DNA from: Malacoraja senta
Lineage: Eukaryota
NCBI GenBank assembly: GCA_038087875.1
Contig: CM075981.1
Location: 2,480,001 to 2,544,000, forward strand
Direction: 5' to 3'
DNA length: 64,000 nucleotides
A model generated the notes under the pieces. The model had not been told where the DNA came from and did no database searches. It worked only from the letters and a program-made list of their open reading frames with translations. Positions within the stretch are counted from its first letter, which is position 1; every line of letters begins with the position of its first letter. Shown in pieces: positions 10,588-22,600 of this stretch. Both the position numbers and the translations under genes were made by a program.

Positions 10588-12960
10588 AGTGAGAGACTAC
10601 GTGAAGAACCTGCCAGCCCGCATGCGCATCAATCTTCAAAGCAACTGTATGAAACCACAGACCACTTGCACCAAACTAAACTAGAAAAAGATTAATAACC
10701 CTTGACTTACCGAATGATCTTTATGACATTCAGGGTTGGGAGTGGAGGGCACGTAGTCTCTCACTCCAACTGCTCATAAAATAAAGATCAAACTTCAAAC
10801 GGTAAGTTCTCGTTTAATCTTTCTATTTTATTTCAAAATCTCGAGACTACGTGAAGCCTTCGAAGCTCTGTGGTTTCATGCAGTAAACCAATCTGTATGT
10901 GAACACACTACACAGATAAACCATAAATGGTTGAAAGAAAAACATAGGCCATTCAAACATGATGCTAACTTTACATAAATGTATATCGCCCTTAACAGAA
11001 CCAAAGTCCCATTACATCAGGGTTAGACAAGTGTCTCAATTAACACAGCCCTTAATTCTATCTGCAATTGTCCAGACCTGTTAATCGGTTTATTATAAAA
11101 CTTCCAAAACATGCGTTCATCGGACCATTCTGCTGTTGCAAGAATGTGATCAAGAGGAACCTCCATTCTATTTGCTGCCGACGTAGCTGCAGCCCTGGTA
11201 GAGTGAGACTTGAAAATATCAGAATTCACTCCCGCTTCCAACAGCGTACACTTTATCCATCTTGAAATAGTCTGCACCGATACTCTATTGTGTGGCTTTA
11301 TATAACTTATGAAGAAAGCTTTTTCCTCATCTCGAATATTTTTAGTAACCTCAATGTACTTCTTCACATAAATACAAACACACAATCTCCGATCCGGTGG
11401 GTATTCTGCCAGATCTAACTTGTACCCCACCGCGCCTGGCCTGCTCTGCTTTATCAGATCATCCACATAAAATACCACTTTCTTGTCAGTTACAGCAGTT
11501 ATCCAGACGGAGTTTGTGCAAAGACTGAGCTCTTTGCGCTGAAATAAGTGCCATAAGCATCACTAATTTAACAGTGAGCGGTTCCAACGTCAGCGATGCA
11601 GCTAGTGCCAGATTGCGAAGCAAACTCAAAACTACTTTCACATTTCACACTTCATTATATCTAGGCCTTGGAGGGTTCATATTAAAGACACCTTTCATGA
11701 ACTTTGACACCAAAGGATGAGTGCCAATAGTTTGTAGCCCCAGCCCAAGCACTAGGTACGATGATAAAGCACTGCGAGCAGTGTTAATAGCGCTATAACT
11801 TAGACCCTTCTCAAAAAACAAAACTGAAAGAAATTCCAAAACATCAGCTACTTCTGCCTTAAAGTAGCTCAGGTGTGCATCCTCACAAAACGTTTTCCAT
11901 TGTTTTATTTTCCCCATAAACCTCTGCTACTTCTGTTTAAAAGTAGCTCACATGTGTCTCTTCACAAACCTTTCCCATACAACCATGCATTGATAGATGC
12001 ACGAGTGTTAGGTTGAACTAACCACTGCTCGCGTCTGTGAGTAAATATAGGAGCTTCTTTCACCAGACCTATTTACAATGGTTGAATAGGCCAATTTGGC
12101 GCTACTATAATTCATGTTGCCTCGTCTTGAATTATCTTTGGAAGCATCTTCCAATATCTATACCCTGTGCATGCCTCTACAATATTCTGTTTCTTATCTA
12201 TGGGTAGGGTGACAGACATATCTGCAGAGTTTATGACAAAACCTAGATATGTAATTGATTTTGTCGGCTCCAGTATGGAGTTTCCTCGATGAATAACAAA
12301 CCCTAGATATTCTAGGAGTGCCTTTGTTGCTGAAACTAACTCTGTAACACATGATCTCTTCCCTACAATGAGCATGTCATCAATAAACCCCACGATAATA
12401 TGCCCTTTAGATCTGAGTAGGGCAACATTGGCTTTAGAATCTTTGTAAATAGCTTAGGGCTGAACTCAACCCCTTAGGTAGAGCCTAAAATTGTCACAAC
12501 TGGCCTTGCCAGATAAACTTCAGATATATCGTGTGGCTCTCGTGTATTGGTACTGAATAGTATGCATCTTCGAGATCGATAGAAGCCATGAAGCAATCCT
12601 CTGTAATCAGCTGAATTTTGCTGAATGAAAAATATCCATCTTAAAATGGGTATATTCCAAGCACGTGTTCAGACTAGCTAATCTTAGAATGATTCGATAT
12701 GCTCCAATTTTCTTCAACCTGAAGATATTAGAAATATACCCCTCTTGTTCATGGGCAGACTGCACAATCACACCCCTTTTGTGTAGATTCTCTATTTCAA
12801 CGGATAGCCATAATTTCCTCTTTAGACCGCATGTACGGGAGTCTTGGCTTTACTTGCCGCGGAGGAAATTGATCAGCTAGAAACTCAACCTATCCTTATA
12901 ACTAACAACCTCCAATCCGGGCATCATTCTCGGAAACCTCTTCTGCACCCTCTCCAAAGC
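10588..12960 (-). mobile_element. DIRS-type retrotransposon, 3' part (RT remnants, tyrosine recombinase, terminal repeat/ICR)
   Basis: RT FIDDMLIVG (12112-12393); integrase SAM-like N-terminus (11645-11917); YR C-terminus FKSHSTRAAATS...FWKFYNKPI (11023-11478). The motif gagactacgtgaag occurs at ~10593 and ~10843, and its complement at ~10752. Confidence 0.88.
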
Positions 12961-15297
12961 CTTTGGGAAATTGCTTCTGGTTATCTCCCCTATCTATGCA
13001 TCTCATCATTTTATATTATTCTATCAGGTCTATTGGGTGTCTCTGTAGTGGCAGCCCTCCACTGTCTAGCCTATTATGATTTTATACTTAGACCATAAGT
13101 AAACAATAAGGTCTCAGACCATGATAGCACAAGACAAAGTACGTGGGGCATCACCAGTGGTGCAATGTCCATCGTGGTTGTGTCGGGTTGAGGTGGGTGG
13201 CGTAGGGTTGTGGTTGGGGTTGTGCAGGCTGGTTCAACAACCTTATGCTTGCTGGGAGGAAGCTGCTCTTGAATCTGGAGGTCTCGGTTCTCAGGCTCCT
13301 GTACCTTCCCTTTGGTAGTGGTGATAAGAGTGTGGCCAGGGTGGTGTGGGTCTTTAGCTGGAAGACCAGACTCCATACGGAGGCAAGGCTCCTTGACTCA
13401 ACCACAATTGACTCCCAACGAGGGTCAATACTGGACGCTAATCAGCAGCCCTAACAATGCAAGAGGGCAATGCATGGGCGGCACAGTGGCACATCGGTAG
13501 AGTTGCTACCTTACAGCGCGAGAGACCCGCCTTCGATTGTGACTACAGGTACTGTCTGTACGGTGTTTGTACGCTCTCCCTGTGACCGTGTGGGTTTCCG
13601 CCGGGTGATCTTGTTTCCTTTCAGATTGCAATGATGTGCAGATTTGTAGGTTAATTGGTTTCAGTAAATTGTCCCTAGTGTGTAGGTTAGAACTAGTGTA
13701 GGGGTGATCACTGGTTGGATTGGACTCGGAGGGCCGAAGAGCCTGTTTCCACGGTGTATCTCTAAGCAAAACAGAACTTAACTAAACTAATTTAAAGGCA
13801 ACCCCATGACACTTAACCCGGCGATGTTGTCCGTAGTGAGCAAGAGTTGCACAAAGTTCACACCCAACTCAATGCTGGCGTACAAAGAATCACTCACACC
13901 GGCTGTCTTCAGGGCACGCAGAAGAGAGTTTATTTCCATTAATCGTACATTTACCGGTGCAAGCAGGGTCAGTACTCCTCACTGCATGCGATCCATGCCC
14001 ACACCTTCCACGCTGCTCATCTTTATACCTTTACTGTTCCCTACTTAGTGTCATAGAGTCATACAGCACGGAAACAGGCCCTTCAGCCCAACTTGCCCAT
14101 GCAGACCCATATACCCCATCTAAGCTCATCCCATTTCACTACATTTGGCCCATATCCCCATAAAACCATTCCTGTCCATGTACCCACCCATCAGTCTATT
14201 AAATGTTGTTGTAGTACCTGCCTCAACTACCTCCTCTGGCAGCTCGTTCCATACACCCACCACCCTCTAACTGTAAATGTTGTCCCTTAGGTTCCTTTTA
14301 AACCTTGCCCCTATCACCTTAAACCTACGTCCCCCGGTTCCAAATCTGGGCGTGGCCTAAGTGCGTCAAGTTTATGATAATGGACGTTATTGTGTTTGTG
14401 CTGACCTGCCCCCGTCTTCTTTGCGGCACGGTGGCGCAGCGGTAGATTTTCTGCCTCTCAGCGCCAGAGACTCAGGTTCAATACTGACTACGGGTGCTGT
14501 CTGTACAGAGTTTGAACGTTCTCACTGTGACCGTGTGGGTTTCCTCCGGGTGCTCTGGTTTCCTCCCACATCCCAGACGTGCATGTTTGTAGGTTAATTG
14601 GCCTGTGTAAATTGTCTCTGGAGTGTGGGATAGAACGATTGCATGGGATGATCATTGGTCTCCACGGACCCAGTGGGCTGAAGGGCCTGTTTCCCTGTTG
14701 TACCTCTGGACTAAACTAACCTAAACTGAACTAGGCTTTGCTACTGGGTAGGAAGGCACTGCAGATGCTGGTTTACACAAAAGACAGACACAAAATGCTG
14801 GAGTAACTCAGCGGGACTGACAGCAACTCTGGATAGAAGGAATGGGATACGTTTCGGGTCAAGACCCTTCTTCAGACTGAGAGTCAGGGAAGAGGGAGAC
14901 ATAGAGATATGGAAAGGTAAGGTGTGAACACGATACATCAAAGGATGCGACCTTCAAGGAAAACCTGGAATTGATCATTGTTAGCTGGGGGAAGGTGACA
15001 ACGATGCATTAAAAGAAAAATTGTAATCAGGAAGACAGTCAGACTGGTTGGAGGACTAGGGTGGGGGAGGGACAGAGGGAGACGGAAAGCAAGGGTTACT
15101 TGAAGTTAGAGAAGCCAATATTCAAACCACTGGGTTGTAAACAGCCCAAGTGAAATGTGAGTGGTGTCCCTCCAATTTGCACTCGGCCTCACACTGACAG
15201 TGGAGGTGGCCCAGGGACAGAAAGGTCAGTGTGGGAATGGGAGGGGGAGTTAAAGTGTTTAGCAAACGGTAGATCACGTGGGTTTAGGTAAACTTTG

Positions 15298-15868
15298 CTA
15301 CTTTCCGTGGGACGGTCTCAGCTGAATCATTGGGAGGTTGTCCTCTAATTTCAGCCAGGCCAATACATGACATTTCCCATGATGAGCAGTGGACCAAGTG
15401 CAGGTATATGTCCCGGCATCTTTCTCTTGTACCCCCCACAGGAGCAACGAGGCGTCCCGACGCATGAACACGTTGTCAATCATGAACTTCCAGCGGGGAA
15501 TAAGTTCCCTGATATCCCACTGAAAACCAACCGTGATATGTGGCAATGGCAACACCGTTTTTTTTTCCATGTGACGAGGATAGGTTTACTGTAATGCTGT
15601 GATATTTTACAGGGCAGCGTAACAGAACCACCCGGAGATACAACGACCACCTGCAGACTAATGATTAAAGGGTGATGACCGGCATAACCTGGCTTGTCCA
15701 TGCATCTTGGAAGCTGTTCATTGTTGACTTGCCGAGGCGCCCGAGCGTTCTCCCCGGGCAAGTTTGCTTCCTCTCCCCATTTTCTGGAGATCAGACCTGT
15801 TCCAGTTCCGGAGACTTGCCACACCATCTCCATAAGGACCATGATCCTATCCATCTCTGCAGTCTCAT
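15298..15868 (-). pseudogene. U2: frameshifted copy of the Ig V preproprotein gene (subfamily A)
   Basis: Relative to U1 there is a 1-nt deletion in the signal peptide (ggattcatg>ggatcatg), 9 vs 8 A in the WKKN run, a further +1 in the C''/D region, and the TGA stop is replaced by GAC. Confidence 0.85.
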
Positions 15869-15913
15869 GTTCCTGTGGGTGAAACAATGGGTTACCTTAT
15901 TGTAACTCAGTAG

Positions 15914-17370
15914 AAACATAGAAACATAGAAAATAGGTGCAGCAGTAGGCCATTCAGCCCTTCGAGCCTGCACCGCCATTCAATATGATCATGGCTGATC
16001 ATCCAACTCAGTATCCTGTACCTGCCTTCTCTCCATACCCCCTGATCCCTTTAGCCACAAGGGCCACATCTAACTCCCTCTTAAATATAGCCAATGAACT
16101 GGCCTCAACTACCTTCTGTGGCAGAGAATTCCACAGATTCACCACTGTCTGTGTGAAAAATGATTTTCTCATCTCGGTCCTAAAAGACTTCCCCCTTATC
16201 CTAAAACTGTGACCCCTTGTTCTGGACATCCCCAACATCGGGAACAATCTTCCTGCATCTAGCCTGTCCAACCCTTAAGAATCTTGTAAGTTTCTATAAG
16301 ATCCCCCCTCAATCTTCTAAATTCTAGCGAGTACAAGCCGAGTCTATCCAGTCTTTCTTCATATGAAAGTCCTGCCATCCTAGGAATCAGTCTGGTGAAC
16401 CTTCTCTGTGATCCCTCTATGGCAAGAATGTTTTTCCTCAGATTTGGTGACCAAAACTGTACGCAATACTCCAGGTGTGGCCTCACCAAGACCCTGTACC
16501 ACTGCAGTAGAACCTCCCTGCTCTTATACTCAAATCCCTTTTGCTGTGAATACCTTTCACTTTCTTCAATGCCTGCTGCACCTGCATGCCTATCTTTAAT
16601 GACTGGTGTACCATGACACCCAGATCTCGTTGCATCTCCCCTTTTCCTAATCGGCCACCATTCAGATAATAGTCTACTTTCCTGTTTGCCACCAAAGTGG
16701 ATAATCTCACATTTATCCACATTATACTGCATCTGCCATGCATTTGCCCACTCACCCAAACTATCCAAGTCACCTTGAAGCTCACAGCATCCTCCTCACA
16801 GCTAACACTGCCCCCAGCTTTGTGTCATCCGCAAACTTGGAGATGTTGCATTCAATTCCCTCATCCACATCATTAATATATATTATAAATAGCTGGGGTC
16901 CCAGCACTAAGCCTTGCGGTACCCCACTAGTCACTGCCTGCCATTCTGAAAAGGACCCGTTTATTCCAACTCTTTGCTTCCTGTCTGCCAGCCAGTTCTC
17001 TATCCACATCAATACTGAACCCCCAATATCGTGTGCTTTAAGTTTGCATACTAATCTCTTATGTGGGACCTTGTCGAAAGCCTTCTGAAAGTCCAGATAT
17101 AACACATCCACTGGTTCTCCCTTATCCACTCTACTACTTACATCCTCGAAAAATTCTATAAGATTCGTCAGACATGATTTACCTTTCATAAATCCATGCT
17201 GACTTTGTCCAATGATTTCACCACTTTCCAAATGTGCTGCTATCCCATCTTTAATAACTGACTCTAGCATTTTCCCCACTACCGATGTTAGACTAACTGG
17301 TCTGTAATTCCCCCTTTTCTCTCTCCCTCCCTTTTTAAAAAGTGGGGTTACATTAGCTACCCTCCAATCA
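15914..17370 (-). mobile_element. 5'-truncated CR1 LINE in the U2 intron
   Basis: RT motifs ([18 protein letters not shown]) with frameshifts, (tttctatg)n tail, and apparent TSD agtag. Confidence 0.95.
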
Positions 17371-17900
17371 AGTAGGATTCATGATGACATTCCCTGAACC
17401 CGCCCAAAGTTGGGGAACCAAGAACATCGGTTTAAGGCGAGGGGGGAAAGATTTAATGGGAAACTGAGGGGTGACTTTTTTACACAAAGTGTGGAGAGTG
17501 TTTGGAACGAGCTGCCGGGAGAGTTAGTTGAGGCAGGCACTATCACAATGATTAAGAAACAGTTAGACAGGTACATTGATAGGACAGGATTAGAGGGGTA
17601 AGGGCTAAAAGCAGGCAGGTGGAACTAGTTTTGATGGGACAAGTTGGTGGGCGTGGGCAAGTTGGGCCGAAGGTCTCGCTGTATGTCTCTAGGACTCCAT
17701 CACTTGTCCCACCCCGGTCATTCCTCCTTCTCCCTGGTCCTGTCTAGCAGAAAGTACAGAAGCTTGAAAGCGCACACCACCAGACTCAGGAACAGCTTCT
17801 TCCCCTCTGCTATCAGTCTTCTGAACTGCGGGAACAGTGAACAGAGACAATCCCACCCCCATCACTCACAGACACTTGAAGGATCCACAGGGGTGGTTAC

Positions 17901-18060
17901 CAGCTCCGGAGTCTCCAAACAGGGTGACGGGGCCGGTCTTGTTCACATCTCCTGCCATCGCTCGCTCCTTTTATACTTACTCCCGGCTTCTCCTGACCCT
18001 CATTGCCTGCGCTCACGTACTTTCAACCAATCACTGCCTCCCACGGAGCATTGGCCGGAG
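17901..18060 (-). promoter_or_regulatory. U2 promoter + non-coding exon 1
   Basis: TATAAAAG at 17968-17975, CCAAT boxes, donor gctg|gtaacc at 17901/17900. Confidence 0.7.
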
Positions 18061-18364
18061 TCAGCCGCGACCTCTCCACCCTCTGCCAAACGTGTCCTTG
18101 CATCAGCCGTTAACGTTTAACAACAACGTCATCCCAGCTGCCAGCGGCCAACCAGGCGCCCCACACATCCTGCTTGTGTCTCCACCACGTCTCGCTCTGG
18201 CCACCCACCCACTCCACTGTGATTGAGAAGACGATGGAACATAGAACATGGAACAGCGCAGCACAGGTAAAGGCCCTTCGGCCCACAATGTCCGTGCTGA
18301 ACATGATGTTGATCATGATGCCGAGAAGTTAAACTAATCACTTCAGCCTGCACGTAATCCACTA

Positions 18365-19430
18365 GTGGGGGAAGTCTCAGACAAGAGGTCACAGCCTCAG
18401 AATTAAAGGCTGTTCTTTTAAGAAGGCGATGAAGAGGAATTTCTTTAGTAAGAGGGTGGTGAATCTGTGGAATTCATTCCCATGGAAGGCTGTCTGTGGA
18501 GGCCAAGTCGATGGATATTTTTAATGCAGAGATGGATAGATTGTTGATTTGTACAGGTGTCAGGGGTTATTTTTATTTTTTTATTTATCATTATACTTAT
18601 GGGCGCCTTTCAAAGACTCTCAAGGACGCCTTGCAGATAAGTACATTACAAAACATATAAGCAGAATTCTCCCCAGGGTTATGGGGAGAATGTAGATTAT
18701 TATCTGAATGTTGTCAGATTAGGAAAAGGGGAGGTGCAATGAGATCTGGGTGTGCTTGTACACCAGCCACTAAAAGTAAACATGCAGGTACAGCAGGCAG
18801 TGAAGAAAGCAAATGGCATGTTGGCCTACATAGCGAGAGGGTTTGTGAAGCTGAGCAAGGAGGTCCTCCTGCAGTTGTACAGGGTCATGGTAAGACCACA
18901 TCTGGAGTATTAGGTGCAGTTTTTTGCACACTCGTAATTTGAGGAAGGGCATTCTTGCTATTGAGGGAGTGCAGCGTAGGTTCACCAGGTTAATTCCTGG
19001 GATGGCGGGAGTGTCTTATGATGAAAGAATGGGTCGACTGGGCTGATATTCACTGGAATTTAGAAGAATGAGAGGGGATCTTACAGAAATACAAAATTCT
19101 TAAGGGATTGGACAGGCAAGATGCAGGAAAAATGTCCCCAATGTTGGGGGAGTCCAGAACCACAGGTCACAGTTTAAGAATAAGGGTTAGGTCATTTAGG
19201 ACTGAGATGAGGAAAAACTTTTTCACCCAGAGAGTTATGAATCTATGGAATTCTGTGCCTCAGAAGGCAGTGGAGGCCAATTCACTGGATGTTTTCAAGA
19301 GAGTTAGCTCATAGGGCTAATGGAATCAAGGGATATGGGGAGAAAGCAGGAAAAGGGTACTAATTGTGGACGAATAGCTATGAACATAATTGAATGGCTA
19401 AATGACCTACTTTCCATGTTTCTAAGTCAT
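18365..19430 (+). mobile_element. CR1 3' fragments
   Basis: Degenerate CR1 ORF2 C-terminal sequence (RTTGHSLRIRVRSFRTEMRKNFFTQRV). Confidence 0.8.
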
Positions 19431-19594
19431 TTCCAATCAGGCTCAGAAACAGTCTTGAGGTGAAAATGAAGGTGAACAATCTGAATGACATTGAACAGGG
19501 GACGAGGTATTATTGAAGAGAAAATATTGAAGTCAAGATAACTACTATTATTTTCCCTTTGTAAATAGCAGGAGGATCATCGTGACTGCCCTTT

Positions 19595-19660
19595 CTTACC
19601 GATAAAGGGAACGACAAACAGATTGGATTATTGTTTGTGATAAGCTCATTGTATAAAAGA
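19595..19660 (+). promoter_or_regulatory. Chitinase proximal promoter
   Basis: TATAAAA at 19652-19658, 36 nt before the ATG. GATAAG motifs at ~19602 and ~19639 and an inverted CCAAT at 19621-19626. Function is inferred. Confidence 0.65.
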
Positions 19661-19693
19661 GGCAGCTCAGGTCCAGTCAGCAACAGTAACAAG

Positions 19694-22600
19694 ATGGCAA
19701 AGCTACTTCTTGGAACAGGTAAGAGCCTTTTGCTGTTTAATTCCTTTTGATATTGGAATACTTTTTGAAAGAATTGTTTCTCAAGTTTTATTATAAAGGT
19801 GTCTGAAGAAAGGTCTCAACTCTACCCGACCTTTATCTCCAGAGATGCTGCCTGACCCGCTGCGATACTCCAGCACTTTGTGTCTATCTTTGGTGTAAAT
19901 CAACTTCTGCAGTTCGTAGTTTCTTAATATTTTGTATTTTCCAACGGACCCCCTTCCCCGAAACACCACCCATTCCTTCTCTCTGGAGAAGTTGCCCGAC
20001 CCGCTGAATTACTCCAGCAGTCTGTGAAAATCTTCAGAGACATTTAGAAAATCACGAGGGGAAGAGATATGAAGGATGGTCTCTGCCTTTCTCCAGGGAA
20101 GGGGAGACTAAAACTACAGGGCATTGACTTAAGGTGAAAGGGAAACATTTAAAGGTGAATCCAGGGGCAACTGGGACAAGCTTAGGTGGGGCATCTTGGT
20201 CAGCATGGACAAATTGGGCCAAATGGCCTGTTTCTGCACTGTGTGACTCTATGACTAACCTGTTGCCCAGAGGGTGGTGAGTATATGCTACGATCTGCCA
20301 GAGGAGGTAGATGAGGCAAGTATAATAACAACATTTAAAATACATTTGGACGGGTACATGGATAGGAAAGGTTTAGTTTAGAGATACAGTATGGAAACAA
20401 GGCCCTTCGGCCCACGGAGTCCACGCTGACCTTTGTTCAGCCTTTCAGACTAGTTCAATGTTATCCCACGTATGCATCCACTCCCTGCACACTAGGGGCA
20501 ATTTTACAGAGGGACAATTAACCTTCAATCCCTCACATCTTTGGGATTTGGGAGGAAACCAGAGCTCCTGGAGAAAACCCACTTGGTCACAGGGAGAGGG
20601 AGTTAAGGGTGTGTTATTGTCATATGTACCAGAAACAGAACAATCAAATTTATACTATAATAGTAAGCATAGCAGAGTTGATGTACAAATTCCACACACG
20701 TTCAACACCCATAGTCAAGATCGAACCTGGGTCTCTGGCGCTGTGAGGCAGCAACTCTACCGCTGCTCCACTGTGCCGCCCACAAGATGGATCTTCATAG
20801 TTTCCCAACCACTAATATAACATGTAATACAGCCAAGGTTTCATAAATTCATAATTGATGGGAGCAGAATTAGGCCATTCGGCCCATCTAGTGCACTCTA
20901 GCCACTCAATCATGGCTGATCTATCTTTCCCTCTCAACCCCATTCTCCCCTTCTCCCCGCAATCCCTGACTTATTACGGTATGTCGTAATCCTAACACTC
21001 TGCTCTGTGTTTTCTGTTCCAGCGGTGGTCTTGCTGGCCTGCCTGCAACTGGGTGAGTCTTTGTGCATTTGCAGCCTTGCTTTGCTTTGCTTTGTGTGAG
21101 TGCCACAGAGGCATTGCCCTGACCGCCCTGTCTCTCCCTTGCCCAGGCTCTGCCTACAGGCTGGTGTGTTACTTCACCAACTGGGCGCAGTACAGACCAG
21201 GAGAGGGTAAATACATGCCCCAGAGCGTGGACCCTTGTCTCTGCACGCACATCATCTATGCCTTCGCTGGAATGAAGAGCAATGAGATCGCCATCTACGA
21301 ATGGAACGACCCAAAACTCTACCAGGAGATCAACAGCCTGAAGAACAAGTACAGTCGCTGAATAAATACTAAAGTCTCTGTCCCACTTTCCCGAGTTACA
21401 CACAAATTCTCCCGAGTTTTCCCCTTGATTCAAACTCGGAGAATATCCGTAGCGAGTCTGTAGATATGTTGTCGCGGCTCGTAATGCCAGCCGTAGGTAC
21501 TAGGGGCATCAGGTAAGTCGGGACGTTTTTTCAGCATGTTAAAAAATGTCCACGAGTAAAAAAAAATAGCCCCGAGTACCTACGGCTGGCATCTCCGAGT
21601 TTGAATCAAGGGGAAAACTCGGGAGAATTCGTGAGTAACTCGGGAAAGTGGGACAGGGGCTTAACCTTGTTTCTCAAATGCCGGGCATTGTTGCGATATT
21701 TACATTGTGCAGTTTAGTTCATTGTCACCTGTACTGAGGTACAGTGAAAAGTTGTTGTTGTGTGCTAACCAGTCACTGTATTGGATATTCCCCAAATCCA
21801 TATTCCATAACCCATATTCCACAGTTAATTTAGTTTATTATTGTCACGTGTACCATGGTACCACAAAAAGCTTTTTGTTGCGTGCTAACTAGTCGGCGGA
21901 AAGACTGTACATGATTACAATCAGGCCGTCCACAGTGTACAGACACAGGATAAAGGGTATAATGTTTAGTGCAAGATAAAGTCCAGTGAAGTCTGATTAA
22001 ATATAGTCCGAGGGTCTCCAATGAGGTAGATGGGAGGTCAGGACTTCTCTCTAGTTGGTGAGAGGACGGTTCAGTGGGATAAGCCCACTGTATGGGTTAT
22101 TTAGACTTTAAGTACCAAGGTGATGCCTAACTTCTCAGAGACAGCTTGGTGGAGACAAATGGGTGGAGTGGAACCCTGCTGATTTGGGTCTGATTGGGTT
22201 AAATTTAACCATTAATTCCCCGGTGCTTGCTGTAAGCAAAGAGACATCCAGTGTTTAATGAACATTCCATTTCAAACTCTTCGAAATGGTCGATCTAAGT
22301 GAACAAGTCGTTTGGAAGAGTATGTGGCAAGATACCATATGTTGTACGTACCGAGCGGCGCAGTGACGCAGCGGGTAGACCTACTGCCTCACCGCGCCAG
22401 AGACCTAGGTTCGATCCTTACCTCGGGCACTGTTTGTGTGGAGTTTGCACGTTCTCCCTGTGACGGTGTAGGTTTTCTCTGGATTACCGGTTTTCACCCA
22501 CATTACAAAGGGTTTGTAGGTTAATTGGCCTCTACAAATTGCCCCAAGTACATAGGGAGTGCATGAGAAAGTGGGATAATGTAGAACTGGTGTGAATGGG

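Larger units (their letters stand above)
12981..18191. repeat. Direct segmental duplication, copy 2 (contains U2 and an intronic CR1)
   Basis: Colinear with 6213-9941; the offset is ~6.77 kb before the CR1 insertion. Confidence 0.92.
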
